Shown here: positions 7,888 to 16,442 of the stretch, piece by piece
Numbering within the stretch: position 1 is the first letter of the stretch
Layout of the letters: each line of letters opens with the position of its first letter
Assembly (NCBI GenBank): GCA_030765235.1
Contig: JAVCCW010000025.1
Coordinates: 240-64,239 of the forward strand
DNA: 64,000 nucleotides
Reading direction: 5' to 3'
DNA from: Candidatus Gorgyraea atricola
GTDB lineage: Bacteria > Omnitrophota > Gorgyraeia > Gorgyraeales > Gorgyraeaceae
Notes under the pieces: generated by a model
Seen by the model: only the letters and a program-made list of their open reading frames with translations
The model's database searches: none
Told to the model about the DNA's origin: nothing
Made by a program: the position numbers and the translations under genes

Positions 7888-9111
7888 ATGAAACGTAAAA
7901 AAGTTGAACTCGTGGCTCCAGCAGGATCCTGGGCTGGGCTACAGACTGCTATAAAATATGGGGCAGATAGTGTGTATTTTGGCGTAAGAGATTTGAACAT
8001 GCGCCACAGCGCAGAGAATTTTGATTTACTCGAGCTGGACAAGGCAATGAAGTTATTGCATAAAAACAATAGAAAAGGTTACCTGACTTTAAATACTATC
8101 ATCTACAATAACGAACTTAGCAAGATCAGGAAGATCCTGAAAAAGGCTAAAAAAGCAGGCGTGGACGCGGTTATTGCTTGGGACATGGCTGTTCTTAAGA
8201 TAGCTAAAGAATTAAAACTCAAGGTTCATCTTTCAACTCAGGCAAGTGTTTCAAATTTTTCTGCAGTGAAATTCTATAGTTTATTAGGGGTTAAAAGGAT
8301 TGTGCTGGCAAGGGAGTGTAGTTTCGAAGCAATAAAGGATATCATTAAATCCATCAGAAAAGAGAAGATAGGCTGCGAGATAGAGACATTTATCCACGGC
8401 GCCATGTGCGTGAGCCTATCAGGAAGATGCTTTTTATCGTCGTATGCATTTGCAAAATCAGCAAATAGAGGCAAGTGTATCCAGCCCTGCAGGAGGCGAT
8501 ATCTTATCACTGACCTGGAAGAAAAGGGCAATAAGTATATTTTGGGCAAGGATTATATATTGAGTCCCAAGGATCTATGCACAATAGATTTTATTGACAG
8601 ACTTATAGAAATAGGCGTAACTTCTTTTAAAATAGAAGGCAGGATGCGTAACCCTGAGTATGTGAAGGAGGTAACTTCTGTATACAGGACTGCGATAGAC
8701 GCGTTCTTTAAAGATAGCCTGAGCGCGCAGTTGAAAAAAAATCTCAAGCGCAGACTGAATTCGGTCTACAATAAAGGCTTTACGAACGGATTTTTCTGGG
8801 AGACACCTAATGATACAGGTGCTGGCCCTGTAGACAGTAAACACGAAAAGATCTTTTTAGGAGAGGTGGTTAATTTTTACAATAAAAATAACGTCGCGGC
8901 CATCCATATAAGGAACCAAGGTGTTAAGATAGGAGACAGGATCGCAATCTACGGAAAAAGCACACCCTTATCCATCGCAGAAGTAAAAGAGATGCAGATA
9001 GCCGGCAAGGCAGTAACCTTTACAGAAAAAGGCAAACAAGTAGGCATAAAACTACCCTTCAAAGTAAGACGCAACGACAAGGTCTTCTTTTACAAGCAAA
9101 AACATGCTTAA
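7888..9111 (+). CDS. Peptidase U32 family protein (collagenase-like; YhbU/RlhA family)
   Basis: N-terminus KKVELVAPAGSWAGLQTAIKYGADSVYFG and a central cysteine-rich region typical of U32. Confidence 0.8.
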   Translation: MKRKKVELVAPAGSWAGLQTAIKYGADSVYFGVRDLNMRHSAENFDLLELDKAMKLLHKNNRKGYLTLNTIIYNNELSKIRKILKKAKKAGVDAVIAWDMAVLKIAKELKLKVHLSTQASVSNFSAVKFYSLLGVKRIVLARECSFEAIKDIIKSIRKEKIGCEIETFIHGAMCVSLSGRCFLSSYAFAKSANRGKCIQPCRRRYLITDLEEKGNKYILGKDYILSPKDLCTIDFIDRLIEIGVTSFKIEGRMRNPEYVKEVTSVYRTAIDAFFKDSLSAQLKKNLKRRLNSVYNKGFTNGFFWETPNDTGAGPVDSKHEKIFLGEVVNFYNKNNVAAIHIRNQGVKIGDRIAIYGKSTPLSIAEVKEMQIAGKAVTFTEKGKQVGIKLPFKVRRNDKVFFYKQKHA

Positions 9112-9149
9112 CTTTACATTTAAGGTCTTGCTTTAAATGTAAAGTTAAG
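9107..9149 (+). repeat. REP-B palindromic element copy 1 (cttaactttacatttaa-ggtcttgc-tttaaatgtaaagttaag); hairpin terminator candidate containing the U32 stop codon
   Basis: Near-perfect 17-bp inverted arms; the same element is found inverted at 49817-49856. Confidence 0.7.
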
Positions 9150-9169
9150 TACAATTCGCCATACCGCTA

Positions 9170-9261
9170 CCCCCTTCCCAATAAGCCATATTTGTGGTAT
9201 AATATACTTGTATGAGCATCTCAACCAGGCCCTTGAGAAAGGGTGGTTTTTTGGGTGGATT
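9170..9261 (+). promoter_or_regulatory. Conserved promoter/leader module of paralog P2 (extended -10 TGgTATAAT at 9195-9203)
   Basis: Aligns with 1536-1621. Confidence 0.55.
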
Positions 9262-10170
9262 ATGGAGAGAATTAAAAAACAGTTAACTGTGATAACGTTA
9301 TTTGTGTTTGTATTTACAGCCACAGCTTATAGCGCAGATGGGCATCTAAGGATACCGCTTTTATCAAAAGAGAAAGAGGCCCTGCAGAAATTAAGAGATT
9401 TATTTTATAATGACGACATGAACTTGCGAGAACGCTTGCATCTGCAGGGCATAACAGAAAAAGAAATTGACATTATCGGAAAAGAGACTAAAGAGCCTCA
9501 AGACTACAGATATTTTTATGAATACGAATTAGGGATTGTGCAAATCAAATCTTTGATGCAATATCTTAAAGGGCCAGTAATTTTAGTTATAGAAGGAGAG
9601 ATGGGTAGCGGCAAATCTACGTTAATACATAGGCTGGCAACAGGACGCGATTTTGGTATAAACCCTTCAGCTATCACTGTATTTGACGAAGATATTTTAG
9701 ACATGGAGCATGACGAAGACGAAATGAGAGATATAATAGAATTATTTATCGAAACGATAGAAACTGATAAGAATTTTATAATTTATGATGGGCATTTTTT
9801 TATACAGCATGTTCGCACGTTGCCTAGTGTATACGACAGAACGAAAGAGTTACTGAAAAAGTTTTATATTATTAAAGTTAGCATAGAAGCTATCTGGGAT
9901 AGAGAAGGGCGTATACTGACAAAAAACGAAGATTTTGTTACTATACCCACAATTGGTGACCTAGACTTTGATGATAAGTTGCAAAGCCAGAAAAGATATA
10001 TTATGATTAAGCCCGATGCGATACTACAAAAGGCAAAAGGGGATTCTTCAAAGGACTTATCCCGAGATGCTGTCCAACTCGGCAATAAGAAAAAAATCAT
10101 AAAAGAACTAAATCGTCTAAAAGTTAAGACGCTGCATTTTCTTAGGAAAATTGGTTTTAGATTTTTGTGA
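9262..10170 (+). CDS. Paralog family member P2: secreted or signal-anchored P-loop NTPase (nucleoside/nucleotide-kinase-like Walker A)
   Basis: Start at the conserved gattATG (the ORF track starts at TTG 9208 inside the leader); signal peptide MERIKKQLTVITLFVFVFTATAYSA; Walker A VIEGEMGSGKST; N-terminus ...LRIPL shared with P1 and P3. Confidence 0.6.
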   Translation: MERIKKQLTVITLFVFVFTATAYSADGHLRIPLLSKEKEALQKLRDLFYNDDMNLRERLHLQGITEKEIDIIGKETKEPQDYRYFYEYELGIVQIKSLMQYLKGPVILVIEGEMGSGKSTLIHRLATGRDFGINPSAITVFDEDILDMEHDEDEMRDIIELFIETIETDKNFIIYDGHFFIQHVRTLPSVYDRTKELLKKFYIIKVSIEAIWDREGRILTKNEDFVTIPTIGDLDFDDKLQSQKRYIMIKPDAILQKAKGDSSKDLSRDAVQLGNKKKIIKELNRLKVKTLHFLRKIGFRFL

Positions 10171-10214
10171 TGTAGAAGAGAGTAAGCAGTCTTCCTAATA
10201 ATCCCATCCAAATA

Positions 10215-10250
10215 TCAGATTTTCGATCTGACTCCGACTGGTTCGAATCC
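10215..10250 (+). other. tRNA-derived fragment C (anticodon arm tcaga-TTTTCGA-tctga followed by ggTTCGAATCC)
   Basis: Same anticodon arm as fragments A and B; T-loop-like TTCGAATCC; the acceptor region is not canonical. Confidence 0.5.
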
Positions 10251-10295
10251 ACCGGGCGGAGGGGCCCACGAACAGAATACCCCACGCACCATAAT
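10247..10295 (+). repeat. Repeat R2, copy a (atccaccgggcggaggggcccacgaacagaataccccacgcaccataata)
   Basis: About 90% identical to 34633-34684. Confidence 0.65.
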
Positions 10296-10307
10296 ATGGG
10301 ATAAAGA

Positions 10308-10346
10308 GATTGCTTCGGCCCCGGTAAATCGGGACCTCGCAATGAC
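10308..10346 (-). repeat. Palindromic repeat family GTCATTGCGAGG-[stem-loop]-CCGAAGCAATC, copy i (reverse orientation)
   Basis: The terminal inverted repeat ATTGC...GCAAT encloses a GC hairpin. Confidence 0.65.
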
Positions 10347-10659
10347 ATACATATTTCCCTGTTAACTTACCGATTATCCTAAAACCTATTAATCGCTTAT
10401 AACTTTCCTCTTTACAAAACCTTACCCACCTTGTATAATAATTCAGCTGCATGCCCCGTTCCAAATTTTATAGGATGTGGAATTGTTTAGGGGTATGTAT
10501 GTTTTTAGAGTCACTAAATCAATATGACAGCCAAATCAAAGATTTGGAACGGGGTGAAGAAAAAGGCTAAGCGTATAAAGGTACGTAGGTCTTGGACCAT
10601 TAATCCCAAAACTCGCGTAAAAAAGAGTGAGAAGCGCTATTCCAGAAAAGATAAAATGA

Positions 10660-10709
10660 GATTGCTTCGCGGAGTTTACCCCGAGCGAAGTCGAGGGGCC
10701 CGCAATGAC
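10660..10709 (-). repeat. Palindromic repeat family GTCATTGCG...CGAAGCAATC, long copy ii (reverse orientation); about 85% identical to 62706-62754
   Basis: gtcattgcgggcccctcgacttcgctcggggtaaactccgcgaagcaatc on the minus strand. Confidence 0.65.
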
Positions 10710-10729
10710 GTATTGGAGGGTGATAAGAT

Positions 10730-11602
10730 ATGAAGTTAAAACTTGGACTTCCTAAGGGTAGCCTGCAAGAGGCTACTATCCGGATGTTTAAAAAAGCAGG
10801 CTTTAATATATCTATAGGTTCTAGAAGTTATTTCCCATCTATAGATGATATAGAGATAGAGCCGTTTTTATTAAGGGCGCAGGAGATGGCGAGATATGTT
10901 GCTGATGGCGCGCTTGACTGCGGCATTACAGGCAATGACTGGACCATAGAGAGCGGCAAACAGGTCGTAAAGGTGTGCGATCTTATATATGGCAAGCAGG
11001 GCCTCAGGCCAGTGCGCTGGGTTCTGGCAGTACCGAAAGATTCAAAGATAAGAAGCGCAAAGGATCTTAAGGGAAAACGTATAGCCACTGAACTCGTCAA
11101 TGCTACAAAGGCATATTTTAAGAAGAAAAAGGTGAGCGTGGATGTAGAATTCAGCTGGGGTGCGACAGAGGCAAAGGTGGGCGCAGGCCTGGTAGACGCA
11201 ATAGTCGAACTTACTGAAACAGGCATGAGCCTCAAGGCTAATAACCTTCGCATCATCGATACGATCTGCGAATCCACGACTCTTGTAGTAGCAAATAAGG
11301 CCTCGTGGAAGAATCCATGGAAAAGGCAGAAGATAGAATCCATAGCGCTTCTTCTAAAAGGCGCGTTGGCAGCTGAGGAAAAGGTAGGGCTTAAGATGAA
11401 CGTGGAAGAAAAGAATCTCAAGAAAGTGATCTCCATTCTTCCTGCCATGAAAAAACCCACCATCTCAAAACTTTCTCAAAAAGGATGGTGCGCGATAGAG
11501 ACTATAGTTGAAGAAACAATCGTTCGTAATATTATTCCAAAGCTGAAAAAGCAGGGCGCTCAAGGAATCATCGAATATCCATTGAATAAAGTGATACAAT
11601 AA
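10730..11602 (+). CDS. hisG: ATP phosphoribosyltransferase, long form (HisG-L)
   Basis: [25 protein letters not shown]...; about 290 aa including the C-terminal regulatory domain. Confidence 0.88.
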   Translation: MKLKLGLPKGSLQEATIRMFKKAGFNISIGSRSYFPSIDDIEIEPFLLRAQEMARYVADGALDCGITGNDWTIESGKQVVKVCDLIYGKQGLRPVRWVLAVPKDSKIRSAKDLKGKRIATELVNATKAYFKKKKVSVDVEFSWGATEAKVGAGLVDAIVELTETGMSLKANNLRIIDTICESTTLVVANKASWKNPWKRQKIESIALLLKGALAAEEKVGLKMNVEEKNLKKVISILPAMKKPTISKLSQKGWCAIETIVEETIVRNIIPKLKKQGAQGIIEYPLNKVIQ

Positions 11603-11615
11603 CAGGAGGTCGTAC

Positions 11616-11705
11616 ATGCCTTGTGGCAGAAAACGAAAACGCAGAAAGATCTCGACTCATAAGAGGAAAAAAAGACGCAGAAGAGATAGACACAAGAAGA
11701 AGTAA
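11616..11705 (+). CDS. 29-aa extremely basic peptide (MPCGRKRKRRKISTHKRKKRRRRDRHKKK)
   Basis: Strong RBS aggagg 7 nt upstream; below the ORF-track size cut-off; K/R-rich throughout. Confidence 0.4.
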   Translation: MPCGRKRKRRKISTHKRKKRRRRDRHKKK

Positions 11706-11720
11706 CCGCGGTTTACAACA

Positions 11721-13280
11721 TTGATAATGACTTCGAGACATTTATTAATCTTAGCGATTGCAGGGATAGTGGCTTTGCATGGCGTGGGCTGCGTGTCTAC
11801 AGAGAAGGCAAAGAAACGCGTAACATTCAGCCCTGCCCAGGAGATTTTGAGGATAGCAGAGAAAAAGACTGCTCCGTCCATAGCACCCCGTTCATACGCC
11901 CATTATTCTATGGGCATGATCTATGACAATGAAGGCAATGTCTCCCAAGCAATAGAAGAATACCTTAAGGCCATTGAGATCGATCCTGGCGCAGCGCCTG
12001 TGTATTATAAATTAGGCGCAGCTTACGTAAAACTGGGCAGGGCTAACGAGGCCATTGTAAATCTCAAAAAGGCATCAGAGCTCGACAAAGAAAATAGTCA
12101 CGCCAGATTTTTGCTCGCTCTTATTTATACCTCTCAGCAAAATTATGACGAGGCAGCAAAGGAATACGAAGAGATCTTGAAAAGCGACCCAAAGGATCTC
12201 GCGATCCTTACGTCCCTGGCAGATATGTATATACTTGGCCAGGATTTGGACAGGGCCATAAAGATCTATGAAAAACTTGCTGGAGAAAAAAGGGATTCAC
12301 CGCTGATCCATTTTAATCTCGGAGTCGTATACACAAAGGCAGCGCGGATCGAGGCCGCGGTGAAAGAATTTAAAAAGGCAATAAAGTTAAGGCCAGATTA
12401 TCTGGAGGCCCATTTAGCCCTGGCAGTGCTCTTTGAAATAAATAATAATCTGGATGGGGCAATAACGCATTACGAGAAGTCGATAAAACTCGACCCTGTA
12501 AATACAAAATTATATCGCCAGTTGGGTCAGCTCTATTTTCAGATGGAGAATGCCACTGAGGCGATACGCCAGTATAAGCTTTTGTTGAAGTTTGACCCTG
12601 AGGATGTTATTGCGCATATAGAGCTCAGTTATATCTATGTCGCAGATTCCAGGATCGATGATGCGATAGAACTTTTAAAAGAGGCGCTTCTTCTGGAGGA
12701 AAGAACAGAGGATATCTATCTTGCCTTGGGTTTTTGTTACAGTGAAAAAGGCGACAAAAACTCCGCGGTAGAGTCGTACAAAAAAAGCATAGAAGTAGAC
12801 CCCTTTAATCCAAAATCTCATTTTTATCTGGGGGCAATGCTTGAAGATATGGGCCAGCGGAAAGACGCGTTCCTGCAGCTGGAGAGATCCCTAGAGTTAA
12901 ATGCTGATGATCCTGAGGTATTGAATTATCTTGGTTATATATACGCTGAGGAAGGCATAAATCTTGAAGAGGCAGATCGTCTAGTAAGAAAGGCGCTCTC
13001 TATGAGCCCGAATAACGGCGCGTATATAGATAGCCTTGGGTGGGTTTATTATAAAAGGGGCATGTTTGAAGAGGCGAAGCTGGAACTTGAAAGGGCGATA
13101 GGGCTGATAGGTGACGATCCTGTAGTATATGATCATCTGGGAGACGCGTATTTTAAGACAGGCGCGCTTGATCAGGCAAAAGGGGCCTGGCAAAAATCAC
13201 TCCAACTTAACGAAAACAAGGAAGTTCAAAAGAAACTGGATGAGCTATGTCAAAAAGAAGAGCTGATATCAAAGAATTAG
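11721..13280 (+). CDS. TPR-repeat protein, probable lipoprotein or secreted
   Basis: N-terminal hydrophobic segment ending ...GVGC; many 34-aa TPR-like repeats (AxxYxxAI / LGxxY patterns). Confidence 0.8.
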   Translation: MIMTSRHLLILAIAGIVALHGVGCVSTEKAKKRVTFSPAQEILRIAEKKTAPSIAPRSYAHYSMGMIYDNEGNVSQAIEEYLKAIEIDPGAAPVYYKLGAAYVKLGRANEAIVNLKKASELDKENSHARFLLALIYTSQQNYDEAAKEYEEILKSDPKDLAILTSLADMYILGQDLDRAIKIYEKLAGEKRDSPLIHFNLGVVYTKAARIEAAVKEFKKAIKLRPDYLEAHLALAVLFEINNNLDGAITHYEKSIKLDPVNTKLYRQLGQLYFQMENATEAIRQYKLLLKFDPEDVIAHIELSYIYVADSRIDDAIELLKEALLLEERTEDIYLALGFCYSEKGDKNSAVESYKKSIEVDPFNPKSHFYLGAMLEDMGQRKDAFLQLERSLELNADDPEVLNYLGYIYAEEGINLEEADRLVRKALSMSPNNGAYIDSLGWVYYKRGMFEEAKLELERAIGLIGDDPVVYDHLGDAYFKTGALDQAKGAWQKSLQLNENKEVQKKLDELCQKEELISKN

Positions 13281-14071
13281 AAAAAATAGCAAAAGAGATC
13301 CGGATTGAAATAGTGAAGATGCTTACTTGCGCTGGCTCAGGCCATACAGGTGGGTCGTTATCCATGGTGGAGCTTGTCGTGGGGCTTTATTTTTATAAGT
13401 TTAGATGCGAATCTGACAAGCCACTCTGCGATACGCGTGACATATTTGTGCTTTCAAAGGGCCATGCCTGTCCTGCGCTATACGCAGTGCTCGCGCACAT
13501 GAATTTTTTCGATAAGAAAGAACTATGCACATTGAGAAAGACAGGCACGCGGCTTCAAGGCCATCCTCAGGTCGGACTGCCAGGCATAGAGGCATCAACT
13601 GGTTCTTTGGGTCAGGGCCTTTCGATCGCGAATGGATACGCGCTTGCCGCAAGATTAAACAAAGACCCTAAGCGCATCTATTGTCTTATGGGCGATGGTG
13701 AGCTCGATGAAGGACAGATCTGGGAAGCAGCCCTTACATCAGCGCATTATAAGTTAGATAATGTGTGCGGCATAGTGGATAATAATAAATTTCAGATAGA
13801 TGGAAGAATAGAAGATGTAAAAGGCCTTGAACCACTTAAGGAAAAATGGCGCGCGTTTAACTGGGAAGTGCTGGAGGTAGACGGGCATAGCATAAAAGAA
13901 GTGGTAGATGCTTATGACAAGGCAGAAACCATAAAAGGAAAGCCTACTTTAATAATAGCGCACACAGTGAAGGGAAAAGGCGTTTCATTTTTTGAAAACC
14001 AGAATCAATATCACGGCGTAGCCCCTAGTAAAGAAGAATTAGAAAGAGCGTTAAAGGAATTAGGATCGTAG
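13247..14071 (+). CDS. tktA: Transketolase, N-terminal (thiamine diphosphate-binding) subunit
   Basis: GHTGGSLSMVE, ...GDGELDEGQIWEA motifs; split-gene arrangement with the next ORF. Confidence 0.88.
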   Translation: MSKRRADIKELEKIAKEIRIEIVKMLTCAGSGHTGGSLSMVELVVGLYFYKFRCESDKPLCDTRDIFVLSKGHACPALYAVLAHMNFFDKKELCTLRKTGTRLQGHPQVGLPGIEASTGSLGQGLSIANGYALAARLNKDPKRIYCLMGDGELDEGQIWEAALTSAHYKLDNVCGIVDNNKFQIDGRIEDVKGLEPLKEKWRAFNWEVLEVDGHSIKEVVDAYDKAETIKGKPTLIIAHTVKGKGVSFFENQNQYHGVAPSKEELERALKELGS

Positions 14072-14080
14072 AAAGGCAAT

Positions 14081-15019
14081 ATGGACAGAAAACCAACAAG
14101 AGATGGATTTGGCGAAGGACTTTTGGAGCTGGGCAGTAACCGGCAGGACATAGTGGTACTTTCAGCAGACCTGACAGATTCTACGCGCGCAGGATGGTTT
14201 AAAAAGAAATTTCCTGAGAGATTTTTTTCAATGGGCGTGAGCGAACAGGACATGATCTCTACTGCAGCAGGCATGGCGCTTTCAGGCAAAATAGCCTTTG
14301 CCTGCACATTCGGAGTATTTGCCGCAGGCAGGGCATGGGATCAGGTACGGGTCTCAGTCGCATACATGGATCTGGACGTAAAGATAGCTGGGACGCATGG
14401 AGGCGTATCAGTAGGACCAGATGGCCCAACGCACCAGGCAATAGAAGAGATAGTGCTCATGCGCATCCTGCCAAACATGAGAGTAGTTGTGCCGTGTGAT
14501 GCTATAGAAGCGAAAAAAGCGACCATTGCCAGCGCTTCTTGTAAGGGCCCTGTGTATCTGAGGCTGGGCAGGTTAAAAGAACCCATTATTACAAAAGAGG
14601 AAGATAGTTTTGAAATAGGTAAAGCAAAGGTTTTAAGGAATGGCAAGGATGTTACGATCATAGCATGCGGCCATGAAGTGAGTGAAGGACTTATCGCATG
14701 CGAGATTTTAAAAAAGCAAGGCATTGACGCGCGTCTTATTAATCTACACACAGTAAAACCGATTGATAAAGCCACGATTTTAAAAGCAGCCAGAGAAACA
14801 GGCGCGATAGTAACAGCTGAAGAACATACTATAGCAGGCGGCATGGGCAGTGCTGTATGCGAGGTCTTGATGCAGGAGAACCCAGTGCCAGTGGAGTTCA
14901 TAGGCGTAAAAGATAGATTTGGCGAATCAGGCGATCCTAACGAGCTTTTTAAGATATTTGAATTAACCGCGGAAGACATTGCTAAGGCGGCGAAAAAGGT
15001 TATCGCAAGAAAGAAATAA
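14081..15019 (+). CDS. tktB: Transketolase, C-terminal (pyrimidine-binding) subunit
   Basis: Conserved FSMGVSEQDMISTAAGMAL... and ...GPDGPTHQ motifs. Confidence 0.88.
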   Translation: MDRKPTRDGFGEGLLELGSNRQDIVVLSADLTDSTRAGWFKKKFPERFFSMGVSEQDMISTAAGMALSGKIAFACTFGVFAAGRAWDQVRVSVAYMDLDVKIAGTHGGVSVGPDGPTHQAIEEIVLMRILPNMRVVVPCDAIEAKKATIASASCKGPVYLRLGRLKEPIITKEEDSFEIGKAKVLRNGKDVTIIACGHEVSEGLIACEILKKQGIDARLINLHTVKPIDKATILKAARETGAIVTAEEHTIAGGMGSAVCEVLMQENPVPVEFIGVKDRFGESGDPNELFKIFELTAEDIAKAAKKVIARKK

Positions 15020-15035
15020 ATGTAGGTCACGCAAT

Positions 15036-15074
15036 AGCTGCTTATAGCAGCTGTAGGGCACACTTTAGTGTGCC
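15036..15074 (+). repeat. REP-A element copy 1 (agctgcttatagcagct + gtagggcacactttagtgtgcc double hairpin)
   Basis: Identical 39-mer at 20508-20546; second hairpin also at 27315-27336. Confidence 0.7.
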
Positions 15075-15085
15075 AAAAGAGTTTC

Positions 15086-15973
15086 ATGCATGAATTCATT
15101 GTCTACGCCCCAGCAAAGTTGAATTTGTATTTAGATGTAGTTGGAAAGCGGCCTGACGGTTACCACGATATAGAAACGATCTTTGAAAAAATAGATTTAA
15201 AAGACGAGATCCTCATAAGAAAGAAAGGCAGAACCCTTGAGGTAAAAGTAGAACCTCATGACGTATGTCCTTCAGGCGATGACAACATTGTTTATAAGGC
15301 TGTTCAGGCCCTTTTAAAAGAGGCCAATGCTGATCTGGGCTTGGAGATAGTCGTCAAAAAAAATATACCTGTCTCTGCTGGGCTGGGAGGAGGCTCGAGC
15401 GATGCAGCATCAGCGCTTCGCTCTATAAATGAACGATTCGAACTGGCTGTGCCTTTCGAACGACTTTTATCCATTGCCTCGGCTACAGGCGCAGACGTTG
15501 GATTTTTTATGCAGGATGATCCTTTTGCAATAGGCACTGGCAGAGGAGACACTATAGAACCAATAAATACAGATTGTTCTTTGTCGCACGTGGTCATAAA
15601 GTTTGAGCTATCTATCTCAACATCCGAGATGTACAAAAGGCTTGATAGCCACAAGAGAAAATCCAAACGCTCAAACATCAAAGACATCGCCTCGAACATT
15701 AAAAATAAAGATATATCTTTAGTAGGCGCGAATTGTTACAATATCTTTGAGGAGGTCCTGGATGGTTATGGCCAGGATATAAAGAGAATCAAGGTTTTAT
15801 TGTCACAGGCAGCTGGAATGCCTGTGTTTTTATCTGGGAGCGGACCTTCGATCTTCTGCACAGTTAAAAGCAGGGGGGAGGCGATGAAAATAGCAGAGAA
15901 GGTGCCGAAGGGAAACAGGTTGAAATCGTTTGTTGTAACAACGAACACTGGAGGCATCTATGGAGATAACTGA
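15086..15973 (+). CDS. ispE: 4-diphosphocytidyl-2-C-methyl-D-erythritol kinase
   Basis: MHEFIVYAPAKLNLYLDV..., GHMP kinase motif PVSAGLGGGSSDAA; the ORF-track start at 15068 lies inside the REP element, so the ATG at 15086 is preferred. Confidence 0.85.
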   Translation: MHEFIVYAPAKLNLYLDVVGKRPDGYHDIETIFEKIDLKDEILIRKKGRTLEVKVEPHDVCPSGDDNIVYKAVQALLKEANADLGLEIVVKKNIPVSAGLGGGSSDAASALRSINERFELAVPFERLLSIASATGADVGFFMQDDPFAIGTGRGDTIEPINTDCSLSHVVIKFELSISTSEMYKRLDSHKRKSKRSNIKDIASNIKNKDISLVGANCYNIFEEVLDGYGQDIKRIKVLLSQAAGMPVFLSGSGPSIFCTVKSRGEAMKIAEKVPKGNRLKSFVVTTNTGGIYGDN

Positions 15974-16358
15974 GGTTAGGATATTTCCAAAAGAGGGATT
16001 GAACAATAAGCTGCGCGCATACGCTACCATAACTATTGAGAATGCATTCGTGGTCAGAAATATAAAGGTCATAGAGGGGAAGAACGGGCTTTTTGTAGCA
16101 ATGCCGTCGCGAAGAATGAAAGATTCGTGCCCGAAATGCGGGCATAAGAACGAGGTCAGAAGTAAATTTTGCAATGAATGTAGCGCTAGTATCCCTGCAA
16201 AGGCACCTGTAGCTGCTACCCCAGAGGCCCAACACGATGCGCGGCAGTCAGAGCATAAAGACATTGCGCATCCCATAACTGTGGAGTGCAGGGAGCGTAT
16301 CCAGAGAAAGGTCCTGGATGCGTACGAGGCAGAAAAGGGTAAGCCCAAGAGTATATAG
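15960..16358 (+). CDS. spoVG: SpoVG-family protein with an inserted CxxC...CxxC zinc-ribbon segment
   Basis: MEITEVRIFP...AYATITIENAFVVRNIKVIEGKNGLFVAMPSRR...DIAHPIT...; insertion CPKCGHKNEVRSKFCNEC between the conserved AMPSRR and DIAHPI blocks. Confidence 0.8.
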   Translation: MEITEVRIFPKEGLNNKLRAYATITIENAFVVRNIKVIEGKNGLFVAMPSRRMKDSCPKCGHKNEVRSKFCNECSASIPAKAPVAATPEAQHDARQSEHKDIAHPITVECRERIQRKVLDAYEAEKGKPKSI

Positions 16359-16368
16359 CGGAAGATAG

Positions 16369-16442
16369 TGGGACGTCGTCCAAAGGTAGGACGCGAGGTT
16401 TTGGATCTCGTTATTGTGGTTCGAATCCACACGTCCCAGCCA
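16369..16442 (+). tRNA. tRNA-Gln (anticodon TTG), U1:A72 pair, CCA encoded
   Basis: Manual fold: acceptor tgggacg/cgtccca, anticodon stem cgagg/tctcg with loop ttTTGga, T-arm tgtgg-TTCGAAT-ccaca. Confidence 0.8.

Noticed and set aside
9208-9261. ORF-track N-terminal extensions of P2 (TTG 9208), ispE (15068), prs (17808), ssb (20542), lpxC (27332), the flavoprotein (45171), msbA (51982) and Gfo/Idh/MocA (51931)
   Set aside because: Each extension runs through a REP or repeat or leader element, or lacks an RBS. Internal ATGs that have SD sequences and conserved N-termini were preferred.
10524-10733. 69-aa K/R-rich ORF upstream of hisG
   Set aside because: Its C-terminal third (...[19 protein letters not shown]) is the translation of palindromic repeat copy ii, and the rest of the region is repeat-laden non-coding DNA after tRNA fragment C. 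Most likely spurious.
10828-11463. Long antisense ORFs (10828-11463 -, 14341-15099 -, 15830-16432 -, 58725-59408 -, 41720-42356 -, 26429-26968 -)
   Set aside because: Each lies antisense within a well-supported conserved gene (hisG, tktB, ispE/spoVG, serS, carB, lpxD). They have Ser/Pro/Ala/Cys-rich low-complexity translations and no RBS.
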